64,000 nt of DNA from a virus (taxonomy: Duplodnaviria > Heunggongvirae > Uroviricota > Caudoviricetes). Location: IMG/VR virus record IMGVR_UViG_3300042472_000628, positions 37,455 to 101,454 of that record. The stretch is one strand, 5' to 3'. Made by a program: the position numbers and the translations under genes. Numbering within the stretch: the first letter of the stretch is position 1; each line of letters starts with the position of its first letter. The notes below the pieces were generated by a model. It made no database searches. It had not been told where the DNA came from and saw only the letters and a list, made by a program, of their open reading frames with translations. This document shows, piece after piece, positions 38,206 through 47,613 of this stretch.

Positions 38206-38261
38206 TAAGATATTTCAATAATAAAGTATGATATATATTAAAAATAGAAAAATAAAATACT

Positions 38262-40244
38262 ATGAACAATACTAACGATTTATTAATCGTCGAAATGTCT
38301 TCTTCTACACTGAGTGTTAAAACTTCAGATAATAAAGAATACATCCTCGAAGGAGTTTTTGGTCAAATCGATCAAAAAAACAGAAACAACCGTATTTATA
38401 CGGAGTCGGAATATATTCCACAAATTGAAGCATTACAAGCTAAAATTAAAGCTAGTAAACTTTTAGGAGAACTAGATCATCCTGCTCAATTTGATATTTC
38501 TTTAAAAAATGTATCACACATTATTGAAGAATTGACATATGACAAAGCTAGTAAAGAAGTTAGAGGTAGAATTAAATTATTGGATACTGATGCAGGTAGA
38601 CAAGCTAAAGCTTTAGTTGATGCAGGTGTTCCATTACAAATTTCTTCTAGAGCTGCAGGTGCCGTTGAATCTAATGGTACTGTAAAGATCAAACAATTAT
38701 TCACATATGATTTAGTTGCTGACCCAGGTTTTGAAAACGCTGAGTTAAAGAGAGTTAACGAATCTTTTGGATATAGTAATGATGGTTTAATTTCTATTTA
38801 TGAAATTAACAGATCTTCTGAAACTTCATTAGAAACTATCAACACAATCGAAAACACAAACACACAAATAAAAGAAAATAAAAACATGGCAGAATTTGTA
38901 AAATCTGAAGATTTCAATAGATACTCTGAGTATTTAGCGAATGAAATCAAGACATTAAAAGAGTCTATGGAAGCCAAAAATGTTGAGGTTTCGGAAGACA
39001 ACACAGTAGACAACCTAAAAGAACACAATAACCACATTGTAGAAACTGTTAATAAATTAACAGACTACGTTGAATATGTTGCAACTAAATTAGATGAATC
39101 TATTCAATATTCAGAGCACGTTGCTGAAAAAGCAGATCAAGGTATTGCTTACTCAGAATCGTTAGCTGAAAAATTAGATCAAGGTATCTCTTATACAGAG
39201 CACGTTGCTGAAGCAGTTTCTAAAGTTAAAGATTTCGCTAATTATTTAGCTGAAGCTCATAACGAAGGTGCTACATCTCACACTACTTTATTAGAGTACG
39301 TTGAATACTTAAAAGAAAACTTACAATCAGTTTCTGAATATGCAGAATACATTGCAGAATCATTAAACGAAACAGTTATTACTGAAGAAGATGCACCTGC
39401 TAAAGATGCTGACGAAGCAGAAGAAACTGACGAAATCGAAAACATCGGTGATAATTCAGAAGAAGGTGCAGTAGCTAAAGATGGCGAAAACGCTGGTAAA
39501 GACGTTGAAGAAATCGAAGGTGAAGAAGTTGAAGCCGGAGATAATTCAAAAGAAGGTGATGTATCTAAAGACGGCGAAAAAGCTGGAGAAGATGCAGAAG
39601 ACTTAGAATCTAATGCTAAAACATCTGACGCTGAAGTTAAAGACAAAGTTGACGCAGCTGAACCGGGTGAAGGTGAAGAAGAAGCAGAAGGTGAAGAAGG
39701 TGCATTAGATCCTTTAGAAGCTTACAAAAATGAAATCTCTTCTAAATTAGATGCATTAGTTGAAAGCGCAACTAAAAAAGAAAATGAATCACCATCTTTC
39801 TTTAGAGTTGTTTCTTCTAATACAAGAGAAAAATACAACGCATTAACTGAATCTGCAAAATCAGAAGTTAGAAACACAGTTTCTAAAAGAGGTTTTATGA
39901 CTGAATCAGAAATCGTATCATTAATGAACAATGCTCAACTTATTGTTGAAAGCGCAGGTGCACAACCTACATTTATTGCTCTTATGCCAACTGAATACTC
40001 TGAAGCATGGACTAATTTATCTGAAGCTAAACAAAATCAAATCATTGCTCAAGCAAAATACCACACATTGAACACTGAATACCAAGTTGCTAATTTCTGG
40101 CAAACTAGAGATCTAAGAGATACTAAAGTTGAAATGGAGAAAGTTGCAATGGTTACTGAATCAAAAACTGAAGAGCCTAAATCAACACTAGGATATGATA
40201 TGACTGGTATGGCAGAAGCGTTCAAACAGAGATTTAACAAATAA
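38262..40244 (+). CDS. gp21: Prohead protease fused to a scaffold/core (gp22-like) coiled-coil domain
   Basis: KNRNNRIY, GELDHP, ISSRAAG, TYDLVADPG, followed by about 450 aa of coiled coil and acidic linker. Confidence 0.88.
   Translation: MNNTNDLLIVEMSSSTLSVKTSDNKEYILEGVFGQIDQKNRNNRIYTESEYIPQIEALQAKIKASKLLGELDHPAQFDISLKNVSHIIEELTYDKASKEVRGRIKLLDTDAGRQAKALVDAGVPLQISSRAAGAVESNGTVKIKQLFTYDLVADPGFENAELKRVNESFGYSNDGLISIYEINRSSETSLETINTIENTNTQIKENKNMAEFVKSEDFNRYSEYLANEIKTLKESMEAKNVEVSEDNTVDNLKEHNNHIVETVNKLTDYVEYVATKLDESIQYSEHVAEKADQGIAYSESLAEKLDQGISYTEHVAEAVSKVKDFANYLAEAHNEGATSHTTLLEYVEYLKENLQSVSEYAEYIAESLNETVITEEDAPAKDADEAEETDEIENIGDNSEEGAVAKDGENAGKDVEEIEGEEVEAGDNSKEGDVSKDGEKAGEDAEDLESNAKTSDAEVKDKVDAAEPGEGEEEAEGEEGALDPLEAYKNEISSKLDALVESATKKENESPSFFRVVSSNTREKYNALTESAKSEVRNTVSKRGFMTESEIVSLMNNAQLIVESAGAQPTFIALMPTEYSEAWTNLSEAKQNQIIAQAKYHTLNTEYQVANFWQTRDLRDTKVEMEKVAMVTESKTEEPKSTLGYDMTGMAEAFKQRFNK
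39447..39610 (+). repeat. Two 30-aa (90-nt) tandem units in the acidic linker of the protease-scaffold
   Basis: GDNSEEGAVAKDGENAGKDVEEIE / GDNSKEGDVSKDGEKAGEDAEDLE. Confidence 0.75.
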
Positions 40245-40365
40245 TCAAAAAGAACACGGATATATAATTAACAATCGACGATAAGGGTGACAGAAGCAGA
40301 AAACCCATTGAATGTCGAGTTTTTAACTAAACAATTAAACAAAACAAAAAAAACGATCATTAAAA

Positions 40366-41847
40366 ATGGCAAATTTATTAAACGAAGCTGAGATCAAGAA
40401 TACATGGGCACCGATTATCTCGGAAGCTACAGGTATCAACGAATCTAGCAAATTAGCGTGGATGTCGACTTACTGTCATAACCACAAATTGTATGAAGAC
40501 GCAAACATTATGTCTTTATCTAACAACCCTGGCCCAATGAACTTAACAGGTATGGGTGCAGTATCTTTTCCTTCAGCGATTGGACAAGGTGCAAATGTAG
40601 GAACTAACGGTTCAGGTGACAAATCACCAACGTTATTGCCTTTAGCAATGCAAGTTGCTGCTCAAACTATCGGTTTAGACTTAGTACCAGTAGTACCAAT
40701 GGCAGGTCCAATGGGATTATTGTCTTACTTAGACTTTACTTACGAAGGTGGTACAATCGAATTAGGTAAAACTGCTCCAACTTACATTAAAGTAGGTGTA
40801 GCTTCAGCTGAAGTTATCGCAGACGTTATCGCAGAGATCAAAGCATTAGCTTTAGATACTATTCCTGCAGCTGCAGGTTACGGTGCTTACGAATTAGTAG
40901 GAACTTCTAGAATTGATGGTAAAATGATTTTCAAAGTAGGAACAGTTGTAGCTGCAAACGTAGAAGCTGACGTTACTTTAGCATTAGCTTCATTAACTGA
41001 AGATGCTACTGCAACAGGTGTTACTTTAGTTGCTGCATTAGAAGATCATATTCCTGCATTCTCTGGAGCTGCTGCTAACGGTAGACCAATGTCTAGAGAA
41101 GTTGGTGAAAGAACTGCTGATAAAGTAATGGGTCTTTCTTTATTCTCTAAATCAGTTGCTGCTGAAACTTTCCAAGTTGCTGCTGCAGTTACTAGAGAAC
41201 AAGTACAAGATTTAAAACAATTCGGTGTAGATGCTGTTGCTCAAGTAGAAGCAGTTTTAACTAACGAATTAACTCAATCTATCAACAATCACATCTTATA
41301 CAAAATGAGAGAGATTGCTGAAACAGGTTTAGGTCTTCCTAGTAACACATTAACTTTAGATTACACTCAAGGTGGAAATACTTATGGTGATGTTAACAGA
41401 AGAATCTTAACTAACATTCTTGCTGCTGCGAACTTAATCGCAAACAGAGGAAGAAGAGGTGCTGGTAACTTCGCAGTTGTAGGAGCAAAAGTTGCTTCAG
41501 CTTTACAATCAATTGCAGGTTTCGTACCAAATCCAATGGCTAACACATTCAACCAAGTTGCAGGTGCTATCTACCCATTAGGATCTGTTGCAGGTGTTAA
41601 CATCTATACTGACCCTAATTTAGAATGGGAAGGTGCTACACAACAAGTATTAGTTGGTAGAAAAGGTGATGGTAACGGTGCTGGATTAGTATTCATGCCT
41701 TACTTAATGGCTGAATCAGTTCAAATGATTGCAGAAGGAACAATGGCTCCAAAAGTAGCTGTTAAATCTAGATATGCATTAGTTGAAGCTGGATTCCACC
41801 CAGGTACACAATACCAAAAATTCGAAGTTGCTGGTTTACAATTGTAA
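40366..41847 (+). CDS. gp23: Major capsid protein
   Basis: WAPII, VVPMAGPMG, QDLK, NELTQSIN, GRRGAGNFAV, PY, P...VKSRYAL. Confidence 0.95.
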   Translation: MANLLNEAEIKNTWAPIISEATGINESSKLAWMSTYCHNHKLYEDANIMSLSNNPGPMNLTGMGAVSFPSAIGQGANVGTNGSGDKSPTLLPLAMQVAAQTIGLDLVPVVPMAGPMGLLSYLDFTYEGGTIELGKTAPTYIKVGVASAEVIADVIAEIKALALDTIPAAAGYGAYELVGTSRIDGKMIFKVGTVVAANVEADVTLALASLTEDATATGVTLVAALEDHIPAFSGAAANGRPMSREVGERTADKVMGLSLFSKSVAAETFQVAAAVTREQVQDLKQFGVDAVAQVEAVLTNELTQSINNHILYKMREIAETGLGLPSNTLTLDYTQGGNTYGDVNRRILTNILAAANLIANRGRRGAGNFAVVGAKVASALQSIAGFVPNPMANTFNQVAGAIYPLGSVAGVNIYTDPNLEWEGATQQVLVGRKGDGNGAGLVFMPYLMAESVQMIAEGTMAPKVAVKSRYALVEAGFHPGTQYQKFEVAGLQL

Positions 41848-41871
41848 TCTTAAACTAGAATAATTTATATG

Positions 41872-41901
41872 AAAAGGTCATCTTCGGATGACCTTTTTTT
41901 T
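41872..41901 (+). terminator. Rho-independent terminator with a UUCG tetraloop
   Basis: AAAAGGTCATC-TTCG-GATGACCTTTT followed by a T tract. Confidence 0.92.
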
Positions 41902-41975
41902 GTTTTAAACTTTTGTAAATTAAGGTAGATATATAATCTAATAACATAATTAAAACTACAAAATAAACAAACATT

Positions 41976-43460
41976 ATGAAACTAAAATCAAAATTAAAAC
42001 TTTACGAAGAATTTGTAAATGTAACTCGTCAAGTAAATGATTCTAATGCAACAAAAACAGACGTTGCAATTGATAAGGTATCTGTAGACAAAGAAAATAC
42101 TATCAGAACAGAAATAACCAAAGATGTTGATTCAATTCTTAATAATTTAATTGAATTATCAGACAGAATCGGAGAAAGCACCGAAGTAGATACACTTTTC
42201 GAAGAATTATTCGAAGCTCTTAGTATATCAGATCTTAATGAAGGTATTATGGATATTATCAAAAGTCCTATCAAGTATATGAAAATTTCTAAAGCTTTGA
42301 AAGGTTATCAAAAAGCTTTAGTAAGTCAGGCTATTAATGATTTGGATTTTGCTAAGAAAAAAGAAGCAAGTGATGTAGATACTGAAGACAAGACTCCTGA
42401 AATGAAGAAAAAACTAGAAGTACTTAAACAATCAAACTTAGCTAAAAACCAAGCACTTAAAGACGAAGCTACAGGATATTCAGATAGAATGTCTGAATTA
42501 TCAAAAGGAGATGAAGGTCTAGCAACTGTTGTAAGTTTAGGTAAAGCAAAATCTAAAATTGCTGCTGCAAAAACTGCAATGAAAGCTGCTTCAGGTGAAG
42601 AATCAAAATCTCTTAAATTAGAAATTCAAGATTTAGAAGATAGAGTAGCTGATGATGAGAGAGAATTAAAAGATTATGCTAAAACTAATCAAAAAGATGG
42701 TGAACCTATAGATAAAGATAAAGAAGCTGCTGCTGCACAATCAGCTGCACAATTAGGTGGATCTGATGATAATGAAGAAGGAAAACCAGCAAAAACTAAA
42801 CCTGCTGCAAAAGACGATGATACAACTACACCTGCAGAACCAGCAACAGATGATAAAAAAGCTCAAGAAATTGAAAAATTAGAAGCAGATAAAACAACAG
42901 CTAAAGAAGCATATGATGCACTTCCAGAAGATGCAGATATGAAAACAAAAGCAGCTGCAAAAGTTAAACTTTTACAAATTCAATTAAAACAAGCTCAACT
43001 TAAAGAAGATGACGCAGAAGTTATAAACGGATTTAAATCAGAATTAGATATAGAAACTGCAAAAATGAATGCAAAGGTAATCCCACAAGTAGCTGCACCA
43101 ACAGAAGTAACAGAAGAAGGTTTAGCTTTTGAAGCATTACTTATTGAAGCATCAGTAAGTGGTTTAATGGCATCTGATGATGAAGGAGACGGATACAAAT
43201 ACCTTAAAGCTCAAGCTAAAAAATTAGGAGTTAAAGTAAGTGTAAATAAAGATCCTTACGGAGACGGTTATGATGAACTTGGTTTTTCTGGTGATAAAGG
43301 AGCTGTTATGAAACTAGCGGGTATATCAGGACATGCTGAAGATATTAACGATGGTGTTTATGATTTATCAGAATCAAAAGAAGTAGAATTACCTAAAACT
43401 ATTAAATTAGATGAAAGTATGACAATCGCAGAGAAATTTGCAAAATTGATGAATAAATAA
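41976..43460 (+). CDS. Putative head-internal protein (CTS-like N-terminus)
   Basis: MKLKSKLKLYEEFVN; LNEG, LIEAS, LDESM sites; late promoter at 41928. Confidence 0.5.
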   Translation: MKLKSKLKLYEEFVNVTRQVNDSNATKTDVAIDKVSVDKENTIRTEITKDVDSILNNLIELSDRIGESTEVDTLFEELFEALSISDLNEGIMDIIKSPIKYMKISKALKGYQKALVSQAINDLDFAKKKEASDVDTEDKTPEMKKKLEVLKQSNLAKNQALKDEATGYSDRMSELSKGDEGLATVVSLGKAKSKIAAAKTAMKAASGEESKSLKLEIQDLEDRVADDERELKDYAKTNQKDGEPIDKDKEAAAAQSAAQLGGSDDNEEGKPAKTKPAAKDDDTTTPAEPATDDKKAQEIEKLEADKTTAKEAYDALPEDADMKTKAAAKVKLLQIQLKQAQLKEDDAEVINGFKSELDIETAKMNAKVIPQVAAPTEVTEEGLAFEALLIEASVSGLMASDDEGDGYKYLKAQAKKLGVKVSVNKDPYGDGYDELGFSGDKGAVMKLAGISGHAEDINDGVYDLSESKEVELPKTIKLDESMTIAEKFAKLMNK

Positions 43461-43970
43461 TTAAAGACGACGCTTAGCGTTCTTCTTTGCAAGTTTAAGA
43501 AACTCCTCTCGTTCTTCGAGCAGGAGTTTTTTACATTTCTTGCGAAACTCAATAGAACTCTTTAAGATACGACTATCGATCATAGGTGCTTTTAATACAT
43601 CATAATATTCAGGATGTAAAAAGTTTTCCAGATCAAAATTCATGAATTTGGCTTGAATAGGTTTGAAACTTACTGCACAAATCCAATCAATCATATTACA
43701 ATTATTATACAAAGTAGCTAAATCTACTAATTTACCATTGGTATGATCCCAATACTTTTTAGTTAGTACAACACTGTTTACTGGAGGTTTTTGCATTCTA
43801 AGTACACATTGAACAAATTGATCATTGTCAGACCACCTTCTAATATGTCTGTGGTCTACTAGGAACTTTCTGAAGAACTTTGCTAATGGAGCAAGTATAA
43901 TACCGTATCTGTTCCTTGGATTAGGACCAGACGTGCGAGTGATGTTTATATGTGAATATGACATTGCCAT
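43461..43970 (-). CDS. Basic hypothetical protein, the only convincing minus-strand gene
   Basis: Fills the gap between two + genes with no competing long ORF; GATAAATA precedes the ATG on the minus strand. Track start is 43985. Confidence 0.65.
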   Translation of the reverse strand: MAMSYSHINITRTSGPNPRNRYGIILAPLAKFFRKFLVDHRHIRRWSDNDQFVQCVLRMQKPPVNSVVLTKKYWDHTNGKLVDLATLYNNCNMIDWICAVSFKPIQAKFMNFDLENFLHPEYYDVLKAPMIDSRILKSSIEFRKKCKKLLLEEREEFLKLAKKNAKRRL

Positions 43971-43986
43971 TAATCTATTTATCATT

Positions 43987-44015
43987 GAAACCTTTTAATG
44001 CATTAATCATATAAC
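43987..44015 (+). promoter_or_regulatory. Putative middle promoter GAAAC-N18-TATAAC
   Basis: Upstream of the clamp loader. Confidence 0.55.
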
Positions 44016-44038
44016 ATGTAAACATATCATATACATAC

Positions 44039-44995
44039 ATGAAATCAATAAATCAACTTTTTACAGAAAAGTACAGACCTTCAAACTTAGAAGAACTTAT
44101 ATTACCAGAAAGAGTAATGAGCAAATTCAAAGATGGTTTGGTACAAAACATGTTATTTGCAGGATCACCAGGTACTGGTAAAACCTCATGCGCAAAAGCA
44201 ATTGTTAATCAATTCAAGTTACCATACTTGTACATTAACGCGTCAACCGATACTTCGGTAGATGTTATTAGAACTAGAATCACAGATTTCTGTTCTACCG
44301 TTTCCATTATGGATGCACCTGGAATGTTCAAGGTAGTTATTCTAGATGAGGTCGATGGTGTATCTGATCAATTCTTTAAAGCACTTCGTGCAACTATGGA
44401 AACATTCTCAAGTAATTCGCGTTTTATAGCAACGTGTAATTACATTAATAAATTACCAGATCCAATTCTTAGTCGCTTTGAAGTTATTGATTTTGACTTT
44501 GATAAACAAGAGGAAACAGAATTGACTAAGAAATACATTAAGAGAGTGTATGAGATCTGTGGCAAAGAAGACATGACAATTGAAAAACCAGCATTGGTAG
44601 AATTTGTTAAAAGAAACTTTCCAGATTTAAGAACTACTTTAAATAAATTACAAGGTTACAAAACACAAGGTACTTCTAATATCACAGCAGAAGATGTTAA
44701 GAAATTTAATTCAGTTTACAAAGATGTATTCGAGTTAATCTTTAATGAAACAGATCCAGCTAAAAACTATCAAACATTGGTAGGAAATTATGCTAATAGA
44801 GTTGATGATGTATTGCAAACATTGGGTGCAGAGTTTATCGAATATATTCAGCAAGAGAAAGGACAATATATAAAACATATACCACAAGTTGTTATAACTG
44901 TCGCTAAACATCAAGCACAAAGGGTACATGTTATTGATCCTGTAATCACAATGTTAAGCTGTGTATATGAGATACAAAGTATAATTAATTCGTAA
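44039..44995 (+). CDS. gp44: Clamp loader AAA+ subunit (gp44/RFC-like)
   Basis: EKYRP, GSPGTGKT, INAS, ILDEVD, SRF, PDLR. Confidence 0.93.
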   Translation: MKSINQLFTEKYRPSNLEELILPERVMSKFKDGLVQNMLFAGSPGTGKTSCAKAIVNQFKLPYLYINASTDTSVDVIRTRITDFCSTVSIMDAPGMFKVVILDEVDGVSDQFFKALRATMETFSSNSRFIATCNYINKLPDPILSRFEVIDFDFDKQEETELTKKYIKRVYEICGKEDMTIEKPALVEFVKRNFPDLRTTLNKLQGYKTQGTSNITAEDVKKFNSVYKDVFELIFNETDPAKNYQTLVGNYANRVDDVLQTLGAEFIEYIQQEKGQYIKHIPQVVITVAKHQAQRVHVIDPVITMLSCVYEIQSIINS

Positions 44996-45017
44996 ATAAC
45001 TAATAAATAATTTTTTA

Positions 45018-45042
45018 GTCTCAATATTTTTTAGTATATTTG
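45018..45042 (+). promoter_or_regulatory. Putative early/host-type promoter (TCTCAA-N10-TATATTTG)
   Basis: TATATTTG is an exact Bacteroidota TAnnTTTG -7 element. Confidence 0.55.
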
Positions 45043-45063
45043 ACTAAGTAAAGAAATATAAAT

Positions 45064-46335
45064 ATGAAAGTGGGAAAACATACATTACTAATAGACGGTA
45101 ATTACTTTGTATTCAGCAGACTTTTTGTACTTCAAAAACCTAAGAGTGGACAACTTTTAGGAGATGATAAACAAAAATCTCAGTTTATGAGAAAATTAGC
45201 CATTGACTTTGCATCAGAGATGCGAAAGTTAAAAATGTTCGTGGATGACGTGGTATTGACAGTAGATTCAAAATCATGGAGAAAAGACTTATATCCAGAA
45301 GCTGATTATAAAGGTACCAGAAAACAAAGTAGCGATGTCAATTGGACAAACGTATACAGTGTATATGAAGAATTCCAAAAGATATTAGCAGCTAAAGGTG
45401 TTACTGTACATCAAATTCAAGGTGCTGAAGCAGATGATGTTATCTTCGGATGGTCAACTGCTCTTAACAATAGAGGTAAATCATGTATCGTATGGTCGGG
45501 TGACAGGGATCTTATCCAGTTAGTTAACTATTCTAAGACTAATGATGCACATACAATTTGGTACTATAACACCAAGAAGTCACTATACGTGTATGAAGGC
45601 TTTGAACATGATATGAATCAATCTATTGCCAATGATATGAGCACTGATGATTTACTCTTCAATATGGGTGGCGAGCACATGACAAGAGATACTTATCAGA
45701 CTAATATTTTAGCATGGGTAAAAGATCTTAAAATAGAGATGACAGAAGTTGATTGTGATAGATTTATCTTTAACAAAATACTAATAGGCGATAAGTCTGA
45801 TAATATTCCATCAGTAGTTACTTGGCAAAAAGAAATGAAAGGTGGTAAATTAAGAATCTTCTCAATTACTGAGAAAATGGCAGACACTATTTATGAGCAA
45901 TTTATTAAAGAGGTAGATAACTTTACAATTGAACACCTATTTAATCAAGAATATAAAAATAAGTTAACAGATATTATTTATAGAGTAGTTGGTCATGGTA
46001 ACACAACATTGATCAAATCATCATTATCTAATAATATAGCATTAATGCTATTGCATGTTAAAACTATTCCAGATTCAATTCAACGTGCTATCTATGATGC
46101 CATTGACAAAGACTGGGAAGGTGCTTTAGAGCAAGTAGATCAATTCATGGATATGGAAAAAATCTTAGAAGGTACGCATTGGTTAGATGATAAAGTTGGA
46201 TTTGGTGTAGATGCTTTTGCAGGTATGGATATTCCAGTAGAAGAAACAGTTAAAAAAGAACCAATTAAATTAGTTGGTAAAAAAACAGAACCTACTAAAA
46301 CTACTGTATTACCGATGACCAAAAAATTATTCTAA
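45064..46335 (+). CDS. rnh: RNase H / 5'-3' exonuclease (FEN-like)
   Basis: LIDGN, WRKDLYP..YKGTR, EADD, SGDRDL, GDKSDNIP. Confidence 0.9.
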   Translation: MKVGKHTLLIDGNYFVFSRLFVLQKPKSGQLLGDDKQKSQFMRKLAIDFASEMRKLKMFVDDVVLTVDSKSWRKDLYPEADYKGTRKQSSDVNWTNVYSVYEEFQKILAAKGVTVHQIQGAEADDVIFGWSTALNNRGKSCIVWSGDRDLIQLVNYSKTNDAHTIWYYNTKKSLYVYEGFEHDMNQSIANDMSTDDLLFNMGGEHMTRDTYQTNILAWVKDLKIEMTEVDCDRFIFNKILIGDKSDNIPSVVTWQKEMKGGKLRIFSITEKMADTIYEQFIKEVDNFTIEHLFNQEYKNKLTDIIYRVVGHGNTTLIKSSLSNNIALMLLHVKTIPDSIQRAIYDAIDKDWEGALEQVDQFMDMEKILEGTHWLDDKVGFGVDAFAGMDIPVEETVKKEPIKLVGKKTEPTKTTVLPMTKKLF

Positions 46336-46493
46336 TGACACTTGAAGATTACATATTAATTGAAGAAATTCTTGCTGAAGCTAATGCATATGGTATAAGA
46401 TCCAATGTGCAAAAGTTAGCTGAGCAATATATCAAAGAAGGTTCAGAAACCATTGATGCATATCACGCTGCATTCAAACATTGGACTACATAA
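46335..46493 (+). CDS. Small hypothetical protein (52 aa), absent from the ORF track
   Basis: TAATG coupling to rnh; MTLEDYILIEEILAEANAYG.. Confidence 0.55.
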   Translation: MTLEDYILIEEILAEANAYGIRSNVQKLAEQYIKEGSETIDAYHAAFKHWTT

Positions 46494-46522
46494 ACATAAT
46501 CATCACATAACATATAATTAAT

Positions 46523-46951
46523 ATGCTAGACGAAACTAAATTATTCGATTTTGTGAAAATTATGTTCACAAAACCAGATCAGTTCAACAATATGAAATTA
46601 CATACGAAGAAGCGTCATCATTTTATGATTAATCGCTTCTTCGCTATTAAGTACCCTGCTAATGCTAATATGTTCAATTTTAATGGCATTAACGGCGGTA
46701 ATGTAGTAGAATCATGGGGAATGGTCGCACAAAGATTCAAGAGTGTTCCAATGTGGTTTTACACTAAAACAAAAAAGGCAGAGAAAGAAATAGTAGATAA
46801 ATATACACCTAGCGAAGCTGTGATCGAATTATACCTAACTAAAAATGAAATAGGTATGAGAGAATTCAATGAATTAAAACAATTCGCCAAGGCTGATTTA
46901 TTCAGTGACTTACAAAAAATTGAAATACAGTTAGATGTCTATAGAAAATAA
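46523..46951 (+). CDS. Clamp loader small subunit (gp62-like)
   Basis: LFDFVKIM, FMINRFFA, WFYTKTKK; preceded by TAAAC-N17-TATAAT. Confidence 0.6.
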   Translation: MLDETKLFDFVKIMFTKPDQFNNMKLHTKKRHHFMINRFFAIKYPANANMFNFNGINGGNVVESWGMVAQRFKSVPMWFYTKTKKAEKEIVDKYTPSEAVIELYLTKNEIGMREFNELKQFAKADLFSDLQKIEIQLDVYRK

Positions 46952-47585
46952 AGATGATTTCTCGGAAGTAGTTGATATTACATTATACAAATATAACTCT
47001 ATAGATATTAAAATATGGGGATTAATTCAACGCGACCTAGAAAGTAAAAAATTAGTAGATGAATCTTATTTGGTTTCTGCTAGTAAGATGCAAATGTACA
47101 TTAATAAATGGTTTTCTGCTGATGTCAATAGATTTCAATCAGTAGGTGAGATGTCCATTCATAAAGAAGCCACTTCTGTTTATTTTATTTGGCAAATGCT
47201 AAATAACATATCTAACTTGTCATGGATCAAAGTTAACCTAAATAAAAATATAACTTACAATAGAATTGTAAATATTGATCAAATCAAAACGATTAGATAC
47301 AATATAAAAATTATACGAGGTAGCTTAAGACTTTTTGATTTATTTGAGACAAGAGAATTGAATATAGTCAATGATATAATGGATCGTTGTAAACTATTGC
47401 CAGATGGTCAAATGTACAAAGTATTTAAATTAAGAAAATTCATGAATGTTCTTGATATGTATTTAACAGATGATACTGGAAGTGAAACATTCAGTGTTAT
47501 AAATACTATTATTCAAAAATTAGAACCATATGAAATGGATGATCCGGAAATACTTTTAATAACGGACAGAAATTCAGATATATAA
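46935..47585 (+). CDS. Hypothetical protein
   Basis: 216-aa ORF overlapping the upstream gene. Confidence 0.7.
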   Translation: MSIENKDDFSEVVDITLYKYNSIDIKIWGLIQRDLESKKLVDESYLVSASKMQMYINKWFSADVNRFQSVGEMSIHKEATSVYFIWQMLNNISNLSWIKVNLNKNITYNRIVNIDQIKTIRYNIKIIRGSLRLFDLFETRELNIVNDIMDRCKLLPDGQMYKVFKLRKFMNVLDMYLTDDTGSETFSVINTIIQKLEPYEMDDPEILLITDRNSDI

Positions 47586-47613
47586 TAAAAAACAGACTAC
47601 TTGTCACTACTTA

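Noticed and set aside
39060-39260. Repeated CACGTTGCTGAA-type strings as a DNA repeat element
   Set aside because: Explained by coiled-coil protein repeats (EHVAE) in the scaffold domain.
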